Assembly: GCA_040879435.1 (NCBI GenBank)
Contig: JBBDKG010000020.1
Location: 12,410-57,956, forward strand
Length of the DNA: 45,547 bases
Direction of reading: 5' to 3'
DNA from: Minisyncoccota bacterium
GTDB taxonomy: Bacteria; Patescibacteriota; Minisyncoccia; Phycocordibacterales; UBA918
In this document: positions 1 to 9,472 of the stretch, in pieces
How the letters are laid out: each line of letters begins with the position of its first letter
Numbering within the stretch: the stretch's first letter is position 1
Program-made: the position numbers and the translations under genes
Notes under the pieces: generated by a model
Told to the model about the DNA's origin: nothing
The model's database searches: none
Seen by the model: the letters and a program-made list of their open reading frames with translations, nothing else

Positions 1-41
1 TACGGTCATCTGGAAAGATTATAGGTAATACAACACACACC

Positions 42-578
42 ATGAGCGGACATAATAAGTGGAGCAAGATAAAGAACAAGAAAGCAGTGACCGACGCAGC
101 AAAGAGCCGGGTCTTTTCAAAACATGCGGCGACCATCGCGATGGAATCACGCAAAGCGGGTGGAAACACGGCGTCCCCCGGACTTGCAGCAGCGATCGAA
201 CGCGCCAAGAAAGATTCAATGCCGAAGGAAAATATCGACCGGGCAGTCGCTAAAGGAGGTGGTGCGGGAGGCGCAGCGCTCGAAGAAATAACGTTCGAAG
301 GATACGGCCCGGGCGGTGTAGCGATGCTCATTACCGCTGTGACAGACAACAACAACCGCACCGCCCCGGAGATCCGTCACATCTTCACAAAAGCCGGGCT
401 CCAGCTTGGGACACCTGGTTCAGCCGCGTGGGCATTCGCCAAGTCTGATGAAGGATACAAACCGACGGCACCAGTGGAACTTTCCGACAGCGATGGCGAG
501 AAACTTGCCGAACTTATTGAAACACTCGAAGAGCAGGAGGACGTACAGGACGTATACACCACAGCGGACAGTGAATAA
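42..578 (+). CDS. yebC: YebC/PmpR family protein (short, 178 aa)
   Basis: N-terminus MSGHNKWSKIK, central EGYGPGG and TDNNNRT motifs, C-terminal DVQDVYT; adjacent to ruvC as is typical. Confidence 0.95.
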   Translation: MSGHNKWSKIKNKKAVTDAAKSRVFSKHAATIAMESRKAGGNTASPGLAAAIERAKKDSMPKENIDRAVAKGGGAGGAALEEITFEGYGPGGVAMLITAVTDNNNRTAPEIRHIFTKAGLQLGTPGSAAWAFAKSDEGYKPTAPVELSDSDGEKLAELIETLEEQEDVQDVYTTADSE

Positions 579-585
579 TGACATC

Positions 586-1056
586 ATGCGAGTAATTGCC
601 GTAGACCCTGGGTATGATCGAATGGGCGTTGCGGTGCTCGAACATACCGACAACAAAGAGCACTTGCTCCACTCCGAGTGCATCGAGACCGACCGCACTG
701 CTGACATCCCTGAACGGCTCACAACGATCGGTATCCGATTTTCTGAGCTACTTAGTACATACACGCCTGACTGTCTTGCGATCGAGACCCTCTTCTTCAA
801 TCAGAATCAGAAGACGGCGATAGCGGTGGCTGAAGCGCGTGGTGTGGTGCTCTTTCTTGCAAAACAGCGCGGGTGCAGTGTCCGCGAGTTCGGGCCACAA
901 GAAGTGAAGGTCGCAGTCACTGGGTATGGAAAGAGCGACAAGACCGCGGTATTCGACATGCTGCACCGCTTAGTGCCCGATATTCCCAAGAAAGCGCACG
1001 ACGACGAGTACGATGCGATCGCTGTGGGTGTTACTGCACTTGCACATCATCGCTGA
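586..1056 (+). CDS. ruvC: Holliday junction endonuclease RuvC
   Basis: MRVIAVDPG...AIETLFF...EARGVV...VTGYGKSDK...DDEYDAIA; start placed at ATG 586 rather than 406. Confidence 0.95.
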   Translation: MRVIAVDPGYDRMGVAVLEHTDNKEHLLHSECIETDRTADIPERLTTIGIRFSELLSTYTPDCLAIETLFFNQNQKTAIAVAEARGVVLFLAKQRGCSVREFGPQEVKVAVTGYGKSDKTAVFDMLHRLVPDIPKKAHDDEYDAIAVGVTALAHHR

Positions 1057-1157
1057 TACCGTACAATGCCTTTCCGTACGTGATGTGCCACTGCATTTCT
1101 TGCACGATACGGAACACTTTGCTACAACGTTAGTACCAATTTTTATAGTAGGTAAAT

Positions 1158-1424
1158 ATGAACGAGTTCGATCACAACGAAAAGCCCCTTGAAGAGGGAG
1201 TGCCGGAAGAATCAGAGGACACTGAAGCTGGTATTGACGAATCAATGCTCGACGAAATCACCGATGACGCTGATACTGAGACCGACGACACTGAAGGATT
1301 CGGCCACATTGACGAGACAAAGGAGAAAGAAAAGGATGATGAGGCCGAGGACACTGAGGGATCACTAGAGGAAGATGCGGAGGATGTTGATTTTGATACG
1401 TTTGACGACATCGACGAGCTCTAG
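1158..1424 (+). CDS. Highly acidic hypothetical protein (88 aa)
   Basis: Asp/Glu-dominated ORF with TATAGT 8 nt before the ATG and a terminator right after the stop. Confidence 0.75.
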   Translation: MNEFDHNEKPLEEGVPEESEDTEAGIDESMLDEITDDADTETDDTEGFGHIDETKEKEKDDEAEDTEGSLEEDAEDVDFDTFDDIDEL

Positions 1425-1432
1425 GTTGTATT

Positions 1433-1469
1433 GAAAAAGGCCGGAACGCGTACGTTCCGGCCTTTTTTC
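1433..1469. terminator. Bidirectional intrinsic terminator
   Basis: AAAAAGGCCGGAACG-CGTA-CGTTCCGGCCTTTTTT between convergent genes. Confidence 0.9.
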
Positions 1470-1471
1470 GT

Positions 1472-1930
1472 TCATAACTCAACGACCTCGTGCGTCAGGA
1501 TCGTCTGGTCGTCCTTAAACACAAATCTCCCTTTGAAGCGCACCCCAGCGAGTGCGAGCGGTAGCCAGAACGGATCGTCAGCCCACATCGCATCATACGG
1601 AATATCCTTATATGGAAACCACTGCGGACGCATCTCGTCCGTCTCGATCGGCGTACCTTGAATGTCACTCACGCAAAAGACAGTGACATTGTGTGTCTTT
1701 CGCGTGTGCTCGTATACAAACTCAAGTGTGCCACATTTCTGGAGATCACGTGCGACAACACCGACCTCTTCCTGTAGTTCCCGATGTGCTGCTGACGCAA
1801 AATCTTCACCAGCTTCGACCTTCCCACCAAAACCGTTCCATTTCCCCGCGCCGAACCCACGCTTCTTCATACCCAACAACACCCTCTGTGTATCAGTGAC
1901 AATAGTGAGGGTGAGGTCGATTTGCTGCAT
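1472..1930 (-). CDS. NUDIX hydrolase, MTH1/8-oxo-dGTP diphosphatase-like
   Basis: LLGMKKRGFGAGKWNGFGGKVEAGE...RELQEEVG Nudix box and MWADD motif typical of the MTH1 family. Confidence 0.9.
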   Translation of the reverse strand: MQQIDLTLTIVTDTQRVLLGMKKRGFGAGKWNGFGGKVEAGEDFASAAHRELQEEVGVVARDLQKCGTLEFVYEHTRKTHNVTVFCVSDIQGTPIETDEMRPQWFPYKDIPYDAMWADDPFWLPLALAGVRFKGRFVFKDDQTILTHEVVEL

Positions 1931-1932
1931 AG

Positions 1933-3174
1933 TTACCCAGCGAGACTAAGGACACACACCTGCTTCTTGCCGCGACGGAGGAGGGCAATACCGTCAGTGA
2001 ACTGTGCCGACGCAAGTGTTGCACCAGCGTCCGTCACCTTTTCCCCATTCAGTGTCACCGCACCATCTTCAATGAATGTACGGGCTTCCCGGTTACTGCT
2101 TGCAAGACCTCCCGCGACCAGTACTGCAACAATGGAGTCCCCGTCTTTCACGCCCGTTTGTGGTGCATGAGCACGGAGCAGGGCGATAGCATCGGCGTCC
2201 GGTGCATCACCACTAAAGAGTACTGCGGTGACCCGCTGTATGTCTGCCGTTGTTTCTGCGCCGTGTACAAATGTCGTCACTTCCTCCGCAAGCCGTTTTT
2301 GTGCCACCCGCGCCGCCGGATCTTGTTCTGTTTCTGCGCCGATATCATTGATATCATCGAGCGTGATGAACGTGAACAGTTTCAGATATTCGATAACGCT
2401 CTCGTCTGACGTATTAAGCCAGAATTGATAGAACTGATACGGTGTCGTCTTTTCAGGGTCGAGCCATATCGCATTCCCTTCACTCTTACCAAACTTCTTG
2501 CCGGTACTCTTATCGGTCACCAGTGGAACGGTGATAGCGTGAACGGTCTGTTGTTTCTTGCGTCTCACAAGGTCAACGCCGGCAACGATGTTGCCCCACT
2601 GGTCCGAACCACCGATCTGCAGATCGCAGCCGTATGTTTCGTGTAGCTGGAGGTAGTCGAATGCCTGTAGTATCGGGTATGCAAATTCTGTGTATGAGAT
2701 GCCCTGCTCGCTTTTCATGCGAGCAGCAATGGCATCCTTTTTGACGAGCTCGTTGACTGTAAAGTGCTTGCCGATGTCGCGCAAAAAACCAACGAGTGGT
2801 TGTGCAAGCAGCCAATCGGCGTTGTTCACAAAGGTCACCATACTGTCTCCACCGATAAGCCGTTGTGCCTGCTCCTGGATCTTCCCCACATTCACCGCCA
2901 CCACCGATTCGTCCTGTAGTGTCCGCTCTGCGTCAGGCTTCGGGTCGCCGATCATTCCGGTCCCGCCACCTACGAGAAAGATAACCTTGTGGCCAGCGTC
3001 TGAAAGATGCCGAAGCAACATCCAGATGACCATATTTCCCGCATGTGCAGAGTCAGCAGACGGATCGATACCGTGGTATATCGTACGTTTCTCCCCATCG
3101 AGGATCTCAGCAAGCTCTGCGCCGGTGTGTTGGTGAATAAAACCCCGTGCCGTCAACTCTTCTGATAGCGTCAT
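1933..3174 (-). CDS. tyrS: Tyrosine--tRNA ligase
   Basis: GIDPSADSAHAGN (HIGH-like), QIGGSDQWGN, KFGKS, C-terminal S4-like domain ending RRGKK. Confidence 0.97.
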   Translation of the reverse strand: MTLSEELTARGFIHQHTGAELAEILDGEKRTIYHGIDPSADSAHAGNMVIWMLLRHLSDAGHKVIFLVGGGTGMIGDPKPDAERTLQDESVVAVNVGKIQEQAQRLIGGDSMVTFVNNADWLLAQPLVGFLRDIGKHFTVNELVKKDAIAARMKSEQGISYTEFAYPILQAFDYLQLHETYGCDLQIGGSDQWGNIVAGVDLVRRKKQQTVHAITVPLVTDKSTGKKFGKSEGNAIWLDPEKTTPYQFYQFWLNTSDESVIEYLKLFTFITLDDINDIGAETEQDPAARVAQKRLAEEVTTFVHGAETTADIQRVTAVLFSGDAPDADAIALLRAHAPQTGVKDGDSIVAVLVAGGLASSNREARTFIEDGAVTLNGEKVTDAGATLASAQFTDGIALLRRGKKQVCVLSLAG

Positions 3175-3249
3175 GATGATTTACTCTACCATAGACTGGG
3201 CAAGTGTATATATAACGTGCACGTGATAGTATAGAGGCATAGAAAAGCT

Positions 3250-5481
3250 ATGAAATGGGCGCGTTCCTGGATAAAACGACATAAGGAGCTCTTGACCGAC
3301 GTGACGATCGTCGGGTTCGCATTCGCACTCGTCTGTGCCGGCGGGCTTTTTTTGTGGATCTCCACCCTTGAGATACCTGACCTTTCAACCTTTGAGGAGC
3401 GCCGGGTGCTGCAATCCACACGCATCTACGACCGCACCGGGGAGATCCTCCTCTACGACCTCCACCAGGATGTGAAGCGCACGATTGTGCCATACGAGGA
3501 TATCTCCCGACACATCAAGAACGCGACGGTCGCGATCGAAGACGATTCATTCTTTGAGCACTGGGGTGTGCGACCTCTTGCGATCCTTCGCGCCGCACTC
3601 ATAAACCTGCAGGGTGGCGACCTCTTCGGTGGACAAGGTGGTTCCACCATCACCCAGCAAGTAATTAAGAACGCCCTCCTCGAACAGGAAAAGAAAATCA
3701 CCCGCAAGATTAAAGAGGCTATCCTAGCGGTCCGCCTGGAACAGATCCTCACAAAGGACGAGATCCTCGGCCACTACCTGAACGAATCACCGTACGGCGG
3801 TACGATCTATGGTGTTGAAGAAGCAAGTCAGTCATTCTTCGGAAAGTCCGCGGCTGACATCACGCTACCCGAAGCTGCATACCTCGCCGCATTGCCGCAG
3901 GCACCGACATACTTCTCTCCGTACGGAAACAATCGTGAAGCGCTCGCTGCCCGCAAGAACCAGGTACTGCGACAAATGCTTAAGAACGATTTCATCACTG
4001 AAGATGAGTACAACGAAGCTGTCTCGGCGGAAGTTGAGTTCCTTCCCCAGGCGGCGACCGGCATCCGCGCCCCGCACTTCGTCATGTATATTCGAGAGCA
4101 ACTCGCAGAACAGTATGGTGAAGAGTCTCTCTCAGAACGCGGATTCCGTGTCATCACCACCCTTGACTACGAACTGCAGGCAGAGGCTGAACGTATCGTG
4201 AACGAGCATGCGCTCAGCAACGAAACACGATTCAACGCGGAGAACGCAGCGATGGCAGCTGTGGACCCAAATACTGGTGAGATACTGGTGATGGTCGGCT
4301 CGCGCGACTACTTCGATGAGGACATCGACGGCAACTTCAATGCGACACTTGCCGATCGGCAGCCAGGTTCGTCATTCAAACCATTTGTATATGCGTCAGC
4401 ATTTACTGAAGGATATACGCCTCTCACTACCCTTTTTGACGTTCAGACACAGTTCTCCACGACGTGTGAGTCGAACAATTTCACATCCAACGACGGATGC
4501 TATGCGCCATCAAACTACGACGACCGGTTCCGTGGGCCGGTATCGATGAAGAACGCCCTTGCGCAGTCACTGAACATCCCGGCGGTGAAGACCCTCTACC
4601 TTACGGGTGTCAGGGATGCGCTGAAACTTGCACGAGATGTTGGTATCACTACCCTCACCGACCCTGACCGGTACGGCCTCACGCTCGTGCTTGGTGGTGG
4701 TGAAGTTCGACTCCTTGAGATGGTTGGCGCGTATGGGGTGTTTGCAAACGAAGGCGAAAAGCAAAAAATGACCAGTATACTTCGTATCGAGGACAAGAGC
4801 GGGACCATCATTGAGGAGCATGAGCCGAAGGGTGAAAAAGTGTTGGATCGTGAGATAGCACTTCAGATATCAGATATTCTCTCAGACAACGTTGCCCGAA
4901 CACCGCTCTACGGAGCAAACTCACTCCTCTATTTCGGCGGCCGCGATGTTGCTGCAAAGACCGGTACCACCAACAACTATATCGACGCGTGGATCTTGGG
5001 GTATACACCCAATATCGTTGTGGGTGTGTGGGCCGGCAACAACACCCCTGAACCGATGAATCAGATCTCCGGACTCATTGTGACGCCAATGTGGCGGGAG
5101 TTCATGGATGTGGCGCTTGCAAAACTGGACAACGAATCCTTCCCACAACCAGCTGCTGTTCCAAACGACATCAAACCGGTACTCCGTTCAAACGGTTCGG
5201 TGGTCGACTCTGCTGCGCTTGCACAGAACCTCATCGACGCGGACCAGACCGACACTTCAGATATTATCTCAGCACTCTACGACAATACCCATTCGATCCT
5301 TCATTATGTAAACAAAGACGACCCACGTGGTCCATACCCGTCAAATCCAGCAAGTGATGGTCAGTACCGTCTCTGGGAATATGGCGTGACGGCGTGGAAG
5401 TACGGACAGTACGGTGCGCTTGGAAACACCTTCGACAACAACATAGACGAGGACGAGGAGCCCGACCCAGATGACGACTAA
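3250..5481 (+). CDS. Class A penicillin-binding protein (transglycosylase/transpeptidase)
   Basis: N-terminal TM; EDDSFFEHWG, GGSTITQQ and RKIKE transglycosylase motifs; SSFK, SLN and KTG transpeptidase motifs. Confidence 0.95.
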   Translation: MKWARSWIKRHKELLTDVTIVGFAFALVCAGGLFLWISTLEIPDLSTFEERRVLQSTRIYDRTGEILLYDLHQDVKRTIVPYEDISRHIKNATVAIEDDSFFEHWGVRPLAILRAALINLQGGDLFGGQGGSTITQQVIKNALLEQEKKITRKIKEAILAVRLEQILTKDEILGHYLNESPYGGTIYGVEEASQSFFGKSAADITLPEAAYLAALPQAPTYFSPYGNNREALAARKNQVLRQMLKNDFITEDEYNEAVSAEVEFLPQAATGIRAPHFVMYIREQLAEQYGEESLSERGFRVITTLDYELQAEAERIVNEHALSNETRFNAENAAMAAVDPNTGEILVMVGSRDYFDEDIDGNFNATLADRQPGSSFKPFVYASAFTEGYTPLTTLFDVQTQFSTTCESNNFTSNDGCYAPSNYDDRFRGPVSMKNALAQSLNIPAVKTLYLTGVRDALKLARDVGITTLTDPDRYGLTLVLGGGEVRLLEMVGAYGVFANEGEKQKMTSILRIEDKSGTIIEEHEPKGEKVLDREIALQISDILSDNVARTPLYGANSLLYFGGRDVAAKTGTTNNYIDAWILGYTPNIVVGVWAGNNTPEPMNQISGLIVTPMWREFMDVALAKLDNESFPQPAAVPNDIKPVLRSNGSVVDSAALAQNLIDADQTDTSDIISALYDNTHSILHYVNKDDPRGPYPSNPASDGQYRLWEYGVTAWKYGQYGALGNTFDNNIDEDEEPDPDDD

Positions 5482-5493
5482 CACCCTCACAAT

Positions 5494-5527
5494 GAACACC
5501 GCACTGGTCTAGACCAGTGCGGTGTTC
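5494..5527. terminator. Perfect 34-bp palindrome, probable bidirectional terminator
   Basis: GAACACCGCACTGGTCT|AGACCAGTGCGGTGTTC between convergent genes. Confidence 0.8.
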
Positions 5528-5539
5528 TTTATTCAATAC

Positions 5540-5830
5540 TCACAATATCGTCGTAGGCGCATTCTTCTCCCCAAGCCGTCCTTTCATATGTGCAATGAGT
5601 TCATCTTTGTGGAGACGCAACTCACTCTTCAGTGGCCCTCCTGCGGTCACAGAGAGCGTCCTAGACGCAGGTGCGTACCGAACCGCCTTCTGATCAAGTT
5701 TGATGCCGATCACTTCATCTACGACTTCGATGAATGTGATGATGACCGTCCGCTGCGGCGCGATGAGCGTCTTACGATATTTTTCAAACAGGTCACTGAC
5801 CTTCTTTATTTCTCCTCGCCCTTTGCGCAT
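5540..5830 (-). CDS. Probable DciA (DUF721)-like helicase-loader protein
   Basis: 96 aa directly downstream of dnaN; TLSVTAGGPLKSELRLHKDELIAHMKGRLG resembles the DciA KH-like domain. Confidence 0.55.
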   Translation of the reverse strand: MRKGRGEIKKVSDLFEKYRKTLIAPQRTVIITFIEVVDEVIGIKLDQKAVRYAPASRTLSVTAGGPLKSELRLHKDELIAHMKGRLGEKNAPTTIL

Positions 5831-5847
5831 AGATACGGCATCGAAAC

Positions 5848-6948
5848 CTACTTGTTCATCGGCATGACCAAGTACCGCATCGACCCCTCACCGTCATTCA
5901 CGCCCGTAATCACCATCGGGCGACCGATACCGGCGAATCGGAGTAGGAGGCTGTCATCTGCAAAGTGCTGCAGGGCTTCGGCAACGTACCGTTGGTTGAA
6001 GTTCAGTGTTAATTCATCACCCTCTACCTGCGCCTTTACCACATCGGTCGTGGTCCCTACCTCACCACTGTCCGCTGATACCGTCAGCCCTTTCTCGGTG
6101 ATATGGAAACGTACCTGGAAGAATTTGTTGAGGAAGATGGCGCTCTTCTTGAATGCGTGCGCAAGGTCGTCCCGAAGGAGTGTAGCGGATGTCGCAAACT
6201 CTTTAGGAATGATCTGGGCGTAATCCGGAAACGTTCCTGATGTGAGTCGTGAGGTGATATACACACCGTCTGCGAACTCGAATGAGAGCTGATTCTCATC
6301 AACACGACAGACAGGATCGGTATCGCTCACGTCACACACCCGCGCAAGCTCCAGAGCATTCTTCTGGGGGATAAGGACCGAGTGGTCGAATACAACCCCC
6401 TTCTGCGGCACCGTCTTCTCCATAAGGCGAAATGAGTCGGTGGTGACGAACGTGAGGGTATGTTCCTTTTTTTGATATACGTAGATACTCCCGAGCTCTG
6501 GCTTGATGGATGATTGTGATGCGGCGAACGCCGTGCTCCGGATGCCGAGTGCGAACAAACTCCCGGAAAACGTCTGGCTCGCACCTGAAAGCTTCGGTAT
6601 GGTGGGAAACTCCTCGTGAGGGATGCTCTTGATCTCGCTTCTCGACCCACTTCCTTCGACCACAAGTGTGGTGTCCTCCACGCGGAGTGTGATATCCCGT
6701 TCTGTATGAAGATTGGTCGTTTGAATTAGTGTGGCGGCGGGTACCGCGATCATTCCTTTCTCCTTTACAGAAGCCGACATAGTTGTTTCCATGCCGATCT
6801 CAAGGTTTGTGGTCCGAAGCACTACATTATTCCCCTTCGCTTCGATAAGTACACACTGGAGAACCGGGAGGGTGACATGTTTGGTACTCACACGACCAAC
6901 CAGTTCGAGTTTTTCAGAGAAGGTTTTTGTTTCCAGAGTGACGTGCAT
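5848..6948 (-). CDS. dnaN: DNA polymerase III beta sliding clamp
   Basis: 366 aa; TNLEIG, TTDSFRL, GTFPDY, YLVMPM motifs; downstream of dnaA. Confidence 0.97.
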   Translation of the reverse strand: MHVTLETKTFSEKLELVGRVSTKHVTLPVLQCVLIEAKGNNVVLRTTNLEIGMETTMSASVKEKGMIAVPAATLIQTTNLHTERDITLRVEDTTLVVEGSGSRSEIKSIPHEEFPTIPKLSGASQTFSGSLFALGIRSTAFAASQSSIKPELGSIYVYQKKEHTLTFVTTDSFRLMEKTVPQKGVVFDHSVLIPQKNALELARVCDVSDTDPVCRVDENQLSFEFADGVYITSRLTSGTFPDYAQIIPKEFATSATLLRDDLAHAFKKSAIFLNKFFQVRFHITEKGLTVSADSGEVGTTTDVVKAQVEGDELTLNFNQRYVAEALQHFADDSLLLRFAGIGRPMVITGVNDGEGSMRYLVMPMNK

Positions 6949-7245
6949 AACCGGTGTTTATATTTTTAAGACGATTCCATTATACGCTCTACTATTAGGG
7001 GTGTGGAAGTGTGTATATTCAAATTATATGGCCTATTTATAAGTGTATTTGAGTGTACATTCTTGTGTGAAGTGTGGATGAGGGGGTGTATTCAGGTGTG
7101 CGAAGGTGGGTACAATCCAGTGCCCTTCGTTTCAACGTAAATACACAGCCGCTTATCCCCGAATTTTCATCTGTTCTTCACACCCTGTCCGTAACCTGTG
7201 TGGAACTTCTTCTTCACCCGACCCACACCTTATCCCCACACGCCG
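6949..7245. promoter_or_regulatory. Probable oriC (dnaA-dnaN intergenic region)
   Basis: DnaA-box-like 9-mers at 7002-7010, 7010-7018, 7073-7081 and 7230-7238; the - strand reads ...ACTTCCACA-CCCC-TAATAGTAG (box, GC spacer, trio-like repeats) toward an AT-rich patch next to dnaN. Confidence 0.75.
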
Positions 7246-8589
7246 CTACTTCAACAACATTCTAATCTGGGAGATCTCCTCCTCAAGGTCGCTGTTCCCT
7301 TTCAGTTCTCCACGAATCTTTTCACACGAGTGGATAACGGTCGTGTGGTCACGCCCACCAAGCTTCTGTCCGATCGCTGGGTATGAGACCGCGAAGTCCT
7401 CACGCAGGATATACATGATGAGCTGACGTGGTCGCACCACCTCCTTCCGTCGGGTCTTTTCGTAGATACTGGCTGGTTCGATATCGAAGTATCGGGCCAC
7501 CTTATCGACCACATCCGACACTGCAAGTGTTTTGCGAGGTCGGGTGCTGTTCTTGATGATCTGACGCACTTCATCAAGCGCGAGGGTTCGTCCAAGAAGC
7601 TGCGATTGGCACATGATCGTATTCAACGCTCCTTCAAGCTCTCGGATGTTCCCCTCTATGGTATGTGCAAGATGGTCCACCACCTCGTCAGTGAGCGTGA
7701 TGCTGTTCTGGGCCGCTTTGGCGCGGAGAATGGCCGCCCGTGACTCCACATCAGGCGCCGGGATGTCTACGATCATACCTTGCGCGAACCGCGACTGAAG
7801 CCGCTCCTCGAGACCGGAGAGAAGCGCGGGGTGTGTGTCACTCGAGAAGACGATCTGCTTGTTGGTATCGTGGAGGGCGTTGAAAAGGTGAAACAGCTCC
7901 TCCTGTGTCTTCTCCTTGTTCGCGAGGAACTGGATGTCGTCCATAATGAGCGTATCGTACTGTCGATACTTGTCTTTGAAGCTGTTCGCGGTCCCGCTCT
8001 GCAGTGAGTTGAAGTAGTCCACAGCAAAACGTTCACTGGTCACATAGAAGACCTTCTTCCCCGCACGCTTCAACTGGTTCCCCACAGCCTGGATAAGGTG
8101 CGTCTTACCGTGACCCGTCTTGCCGTAGATGAAGAGTGGATTGTATGTGATACCCGGCTTCTCACTCACTGTCTTCGCCGCCGCGTGAGCCAGCGCGTTA
8201 AAAGGACCGACCACGAACGTATCGAAGATGTACTTCGGATTCAGGTTGTCGCTCTTGTTGATGTAGTATTCATCGAGCGGGAGCGCCGCGTTCACAGTCT
8301 GTGGTCGCGATTCCTGCCGCTTGTCGCTCCGCTGTACCACCGCATACTCGATGTTCCGTACGTGTGGTGTGAGGTTCCGAAGGACGCGCAGGATCATCTG
8401 CTGGAACTTGTCGGCAAGCCAGTCCCGGACGAACACACTTGGAACACCAAGTGTCACCGTACCGTCCTCTATGGAGACGATATGGGTGTCTCGGAACCAT
8501 GTCTTAAAGTTGGCAGGCGTGATCGAGAGCTCAATACTCACCAAAGCATCGTCCCAGAGCCGTTTTACGTCGATATGTTCCGTTTGCAT
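7246..8589 (-). CDS. dnaA: Chromosomal replication initiator DnaA
   Basis: YNPLFIYGKTGHGKTHL (Walker A), DDIQF, NIRELEGAL, GGRDHTTVIHS; start estimated at ATG 8589. Confidence 0.98.
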   Translation of the reverse strand: MQTEHIDVKRLWDDALVSIELSITPANFKTWFRDTHIVSIEDGTVTLGVPSVFVRDWLADKFQQMILRVLRNLTPHVRNIEYAVVQRSDKRQESRPQTVNAALPLDEYYINKSDNLNPKYIFDTFVVGPFNALAHAAAKTVSEKPGITYNPLFIYGKTGHGKTHLIQAVGNQLKRAGKKVFYVTSERFAVDYFNSLQSGTANSFKDKYRQYDTLIMDDIQFLANKEKTQEELFHLFNALHDTNKQIVFSSDTHPALLSGLEERLQSRFAQGMIVDIPAPDVESRAAILRAKAAQNSITLTDEVVDHLAHTIEGNIRELEGALNTIMCQSQLLGRTLALDEVRQIIKNSTRPRKTLAVSDVVDKVARYFDIEPASIYEKTRRKEVVRPRQLIMYILREDFAVSYPAIGQKLGGRDHTTVIHSCEKIRGELKGNSDLEEEISQIRMLLK

Positions 8590-8754
8590 GATGCTGTGAG
8601 AGGAGGATTGAGAGATTGGATTCATACACAAATGAACATGAGGATCACACTGACCATTGATAGTACGAAGCATTATACGCTTCTCACAAAAGGTGTAAAC
8701 GTTTTGTAAAAATAGGGGGGAAAGCTAGGTGCGCTCACCTCCATACACGTCAAG

Positions 8755-8774
8755 TGTGTATAAGGTGTGTATAA
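8755..8774. promoter_or_regulatory. Two tandem perfect DnaA boxes upstream of dnaA
   Basis: TGTGTATAA at 8755-8763 and 8766-8774 (reverse complement TTATACACA, fits TTATNCACA). Confidence 0.8.
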
Positions 8775-8873
8775 GGTACACTACTCCCCTGTTACACCAC
8801 CCTGCCCGCAGGCTCTGTTGAAAAAAACGTGAACTAGTGTATAGTTCCGCAATCACATTTAAATCGTACGAGT

Positions 8874-9023
8874 ATGCCAAAACGAACCTATCAACCGAGC
8901 CAGCAAAAACGCATGACCACTCATGGTTTTTTGGTGCGCGGTAAATCGAAGAGCGGCGCGAACGTGCTCAAGAACCGACGACGCAAGGGTCGCGCCCGTC
9001 TTGCGGTACAGAAGAGTAAGTAG
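8874..9023 (+). CDS. rpmH: 50S ribosomal protein L34 (not in ORF track, 49 aa)
   Basis: Hand translation [49 protein letters not shown]; divergent from dnaA. Confidence 0.95.
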   Translation: MPKRTYQPSQQKRMTTHGFLVRGKSKSGANVLKNRRRKGRARLAVQKSK

Positions 9024-9037
9024 GGACATAGGAGAAG

Positions 9038-9065
9038 GAATGCGCGGCCATGTGGCCGCGCATTC
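9038..9065 (+). terminator. Hairpin after rpmH (terminator or processing/stability site)
   Basis: GAATGCGCGGCCA-TG-TGGCCGCGCATTC; the U-tract is weak. Confidence 0.5.
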
Positions 9066-9108
9066 ACGTTTACTTTGCACTTTCTTCGTTTCACCTTACA
9101 CTGAGCAC

Positions 9109-9435
9109 ATGCCACCAAAGAAAAAACGGCTTACCACAGAGGCGTTCTCACGCTTCTTTGCGTCCGGACGGAGATTCCATAGCGACCATCTGCAGCTTAT
9201 CCATACACCCAACCCAGTATTCCATGGGGCTGCTGTTGTTGGGAAGAAGGTATACAAGACCGCAGTGAAGCGAAATCGCCTGCGCCGCCAGCTGTATAGC
9301 GCTCTGTATGCGTGGCACCGCGCCGGGGACCACAATGGCGTGTATATTGTTGTGGCCAAGCCGGCTGCGGCCAACATAAGTGGGCGGATACTTTCCGCTG
9401 AACTTCGCGAGCTGGTTGGACGAACACACGAATGA
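9109..9435 (+). CDS. rnpA: Ribonuclease P protein component
   Basis: MPPKKKRL...VVGKKVYKTAVKRNRLRRQ (RNR motif); lies between rpmH and yidC. Confidence 0.93.
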   Translation: MPPKKKRLTTEAFSRFFASGRRFHSDHLQLIHTPNPVFHGAAVVGKKVYKTAVKRNRLRRQLYSALYAWHRAGDHNGVYIVVAKPAAANISGRILSAELRELVGRTHE

Positions 9436-9472
9436 CGGTAGACTGATGACGCGTTAGCAGTAGCAGCATTCT

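Noticed and set aside
5522-6223. Long + strand ORFs such as 5522-6223, 21699-22703, 27738-28517 and 32471-33205
   Set aside because: They are antisense shadows of well-supported genes (dnaN, rsmA, the Pro-rich protein, surA-like) with no recognisable motifs.
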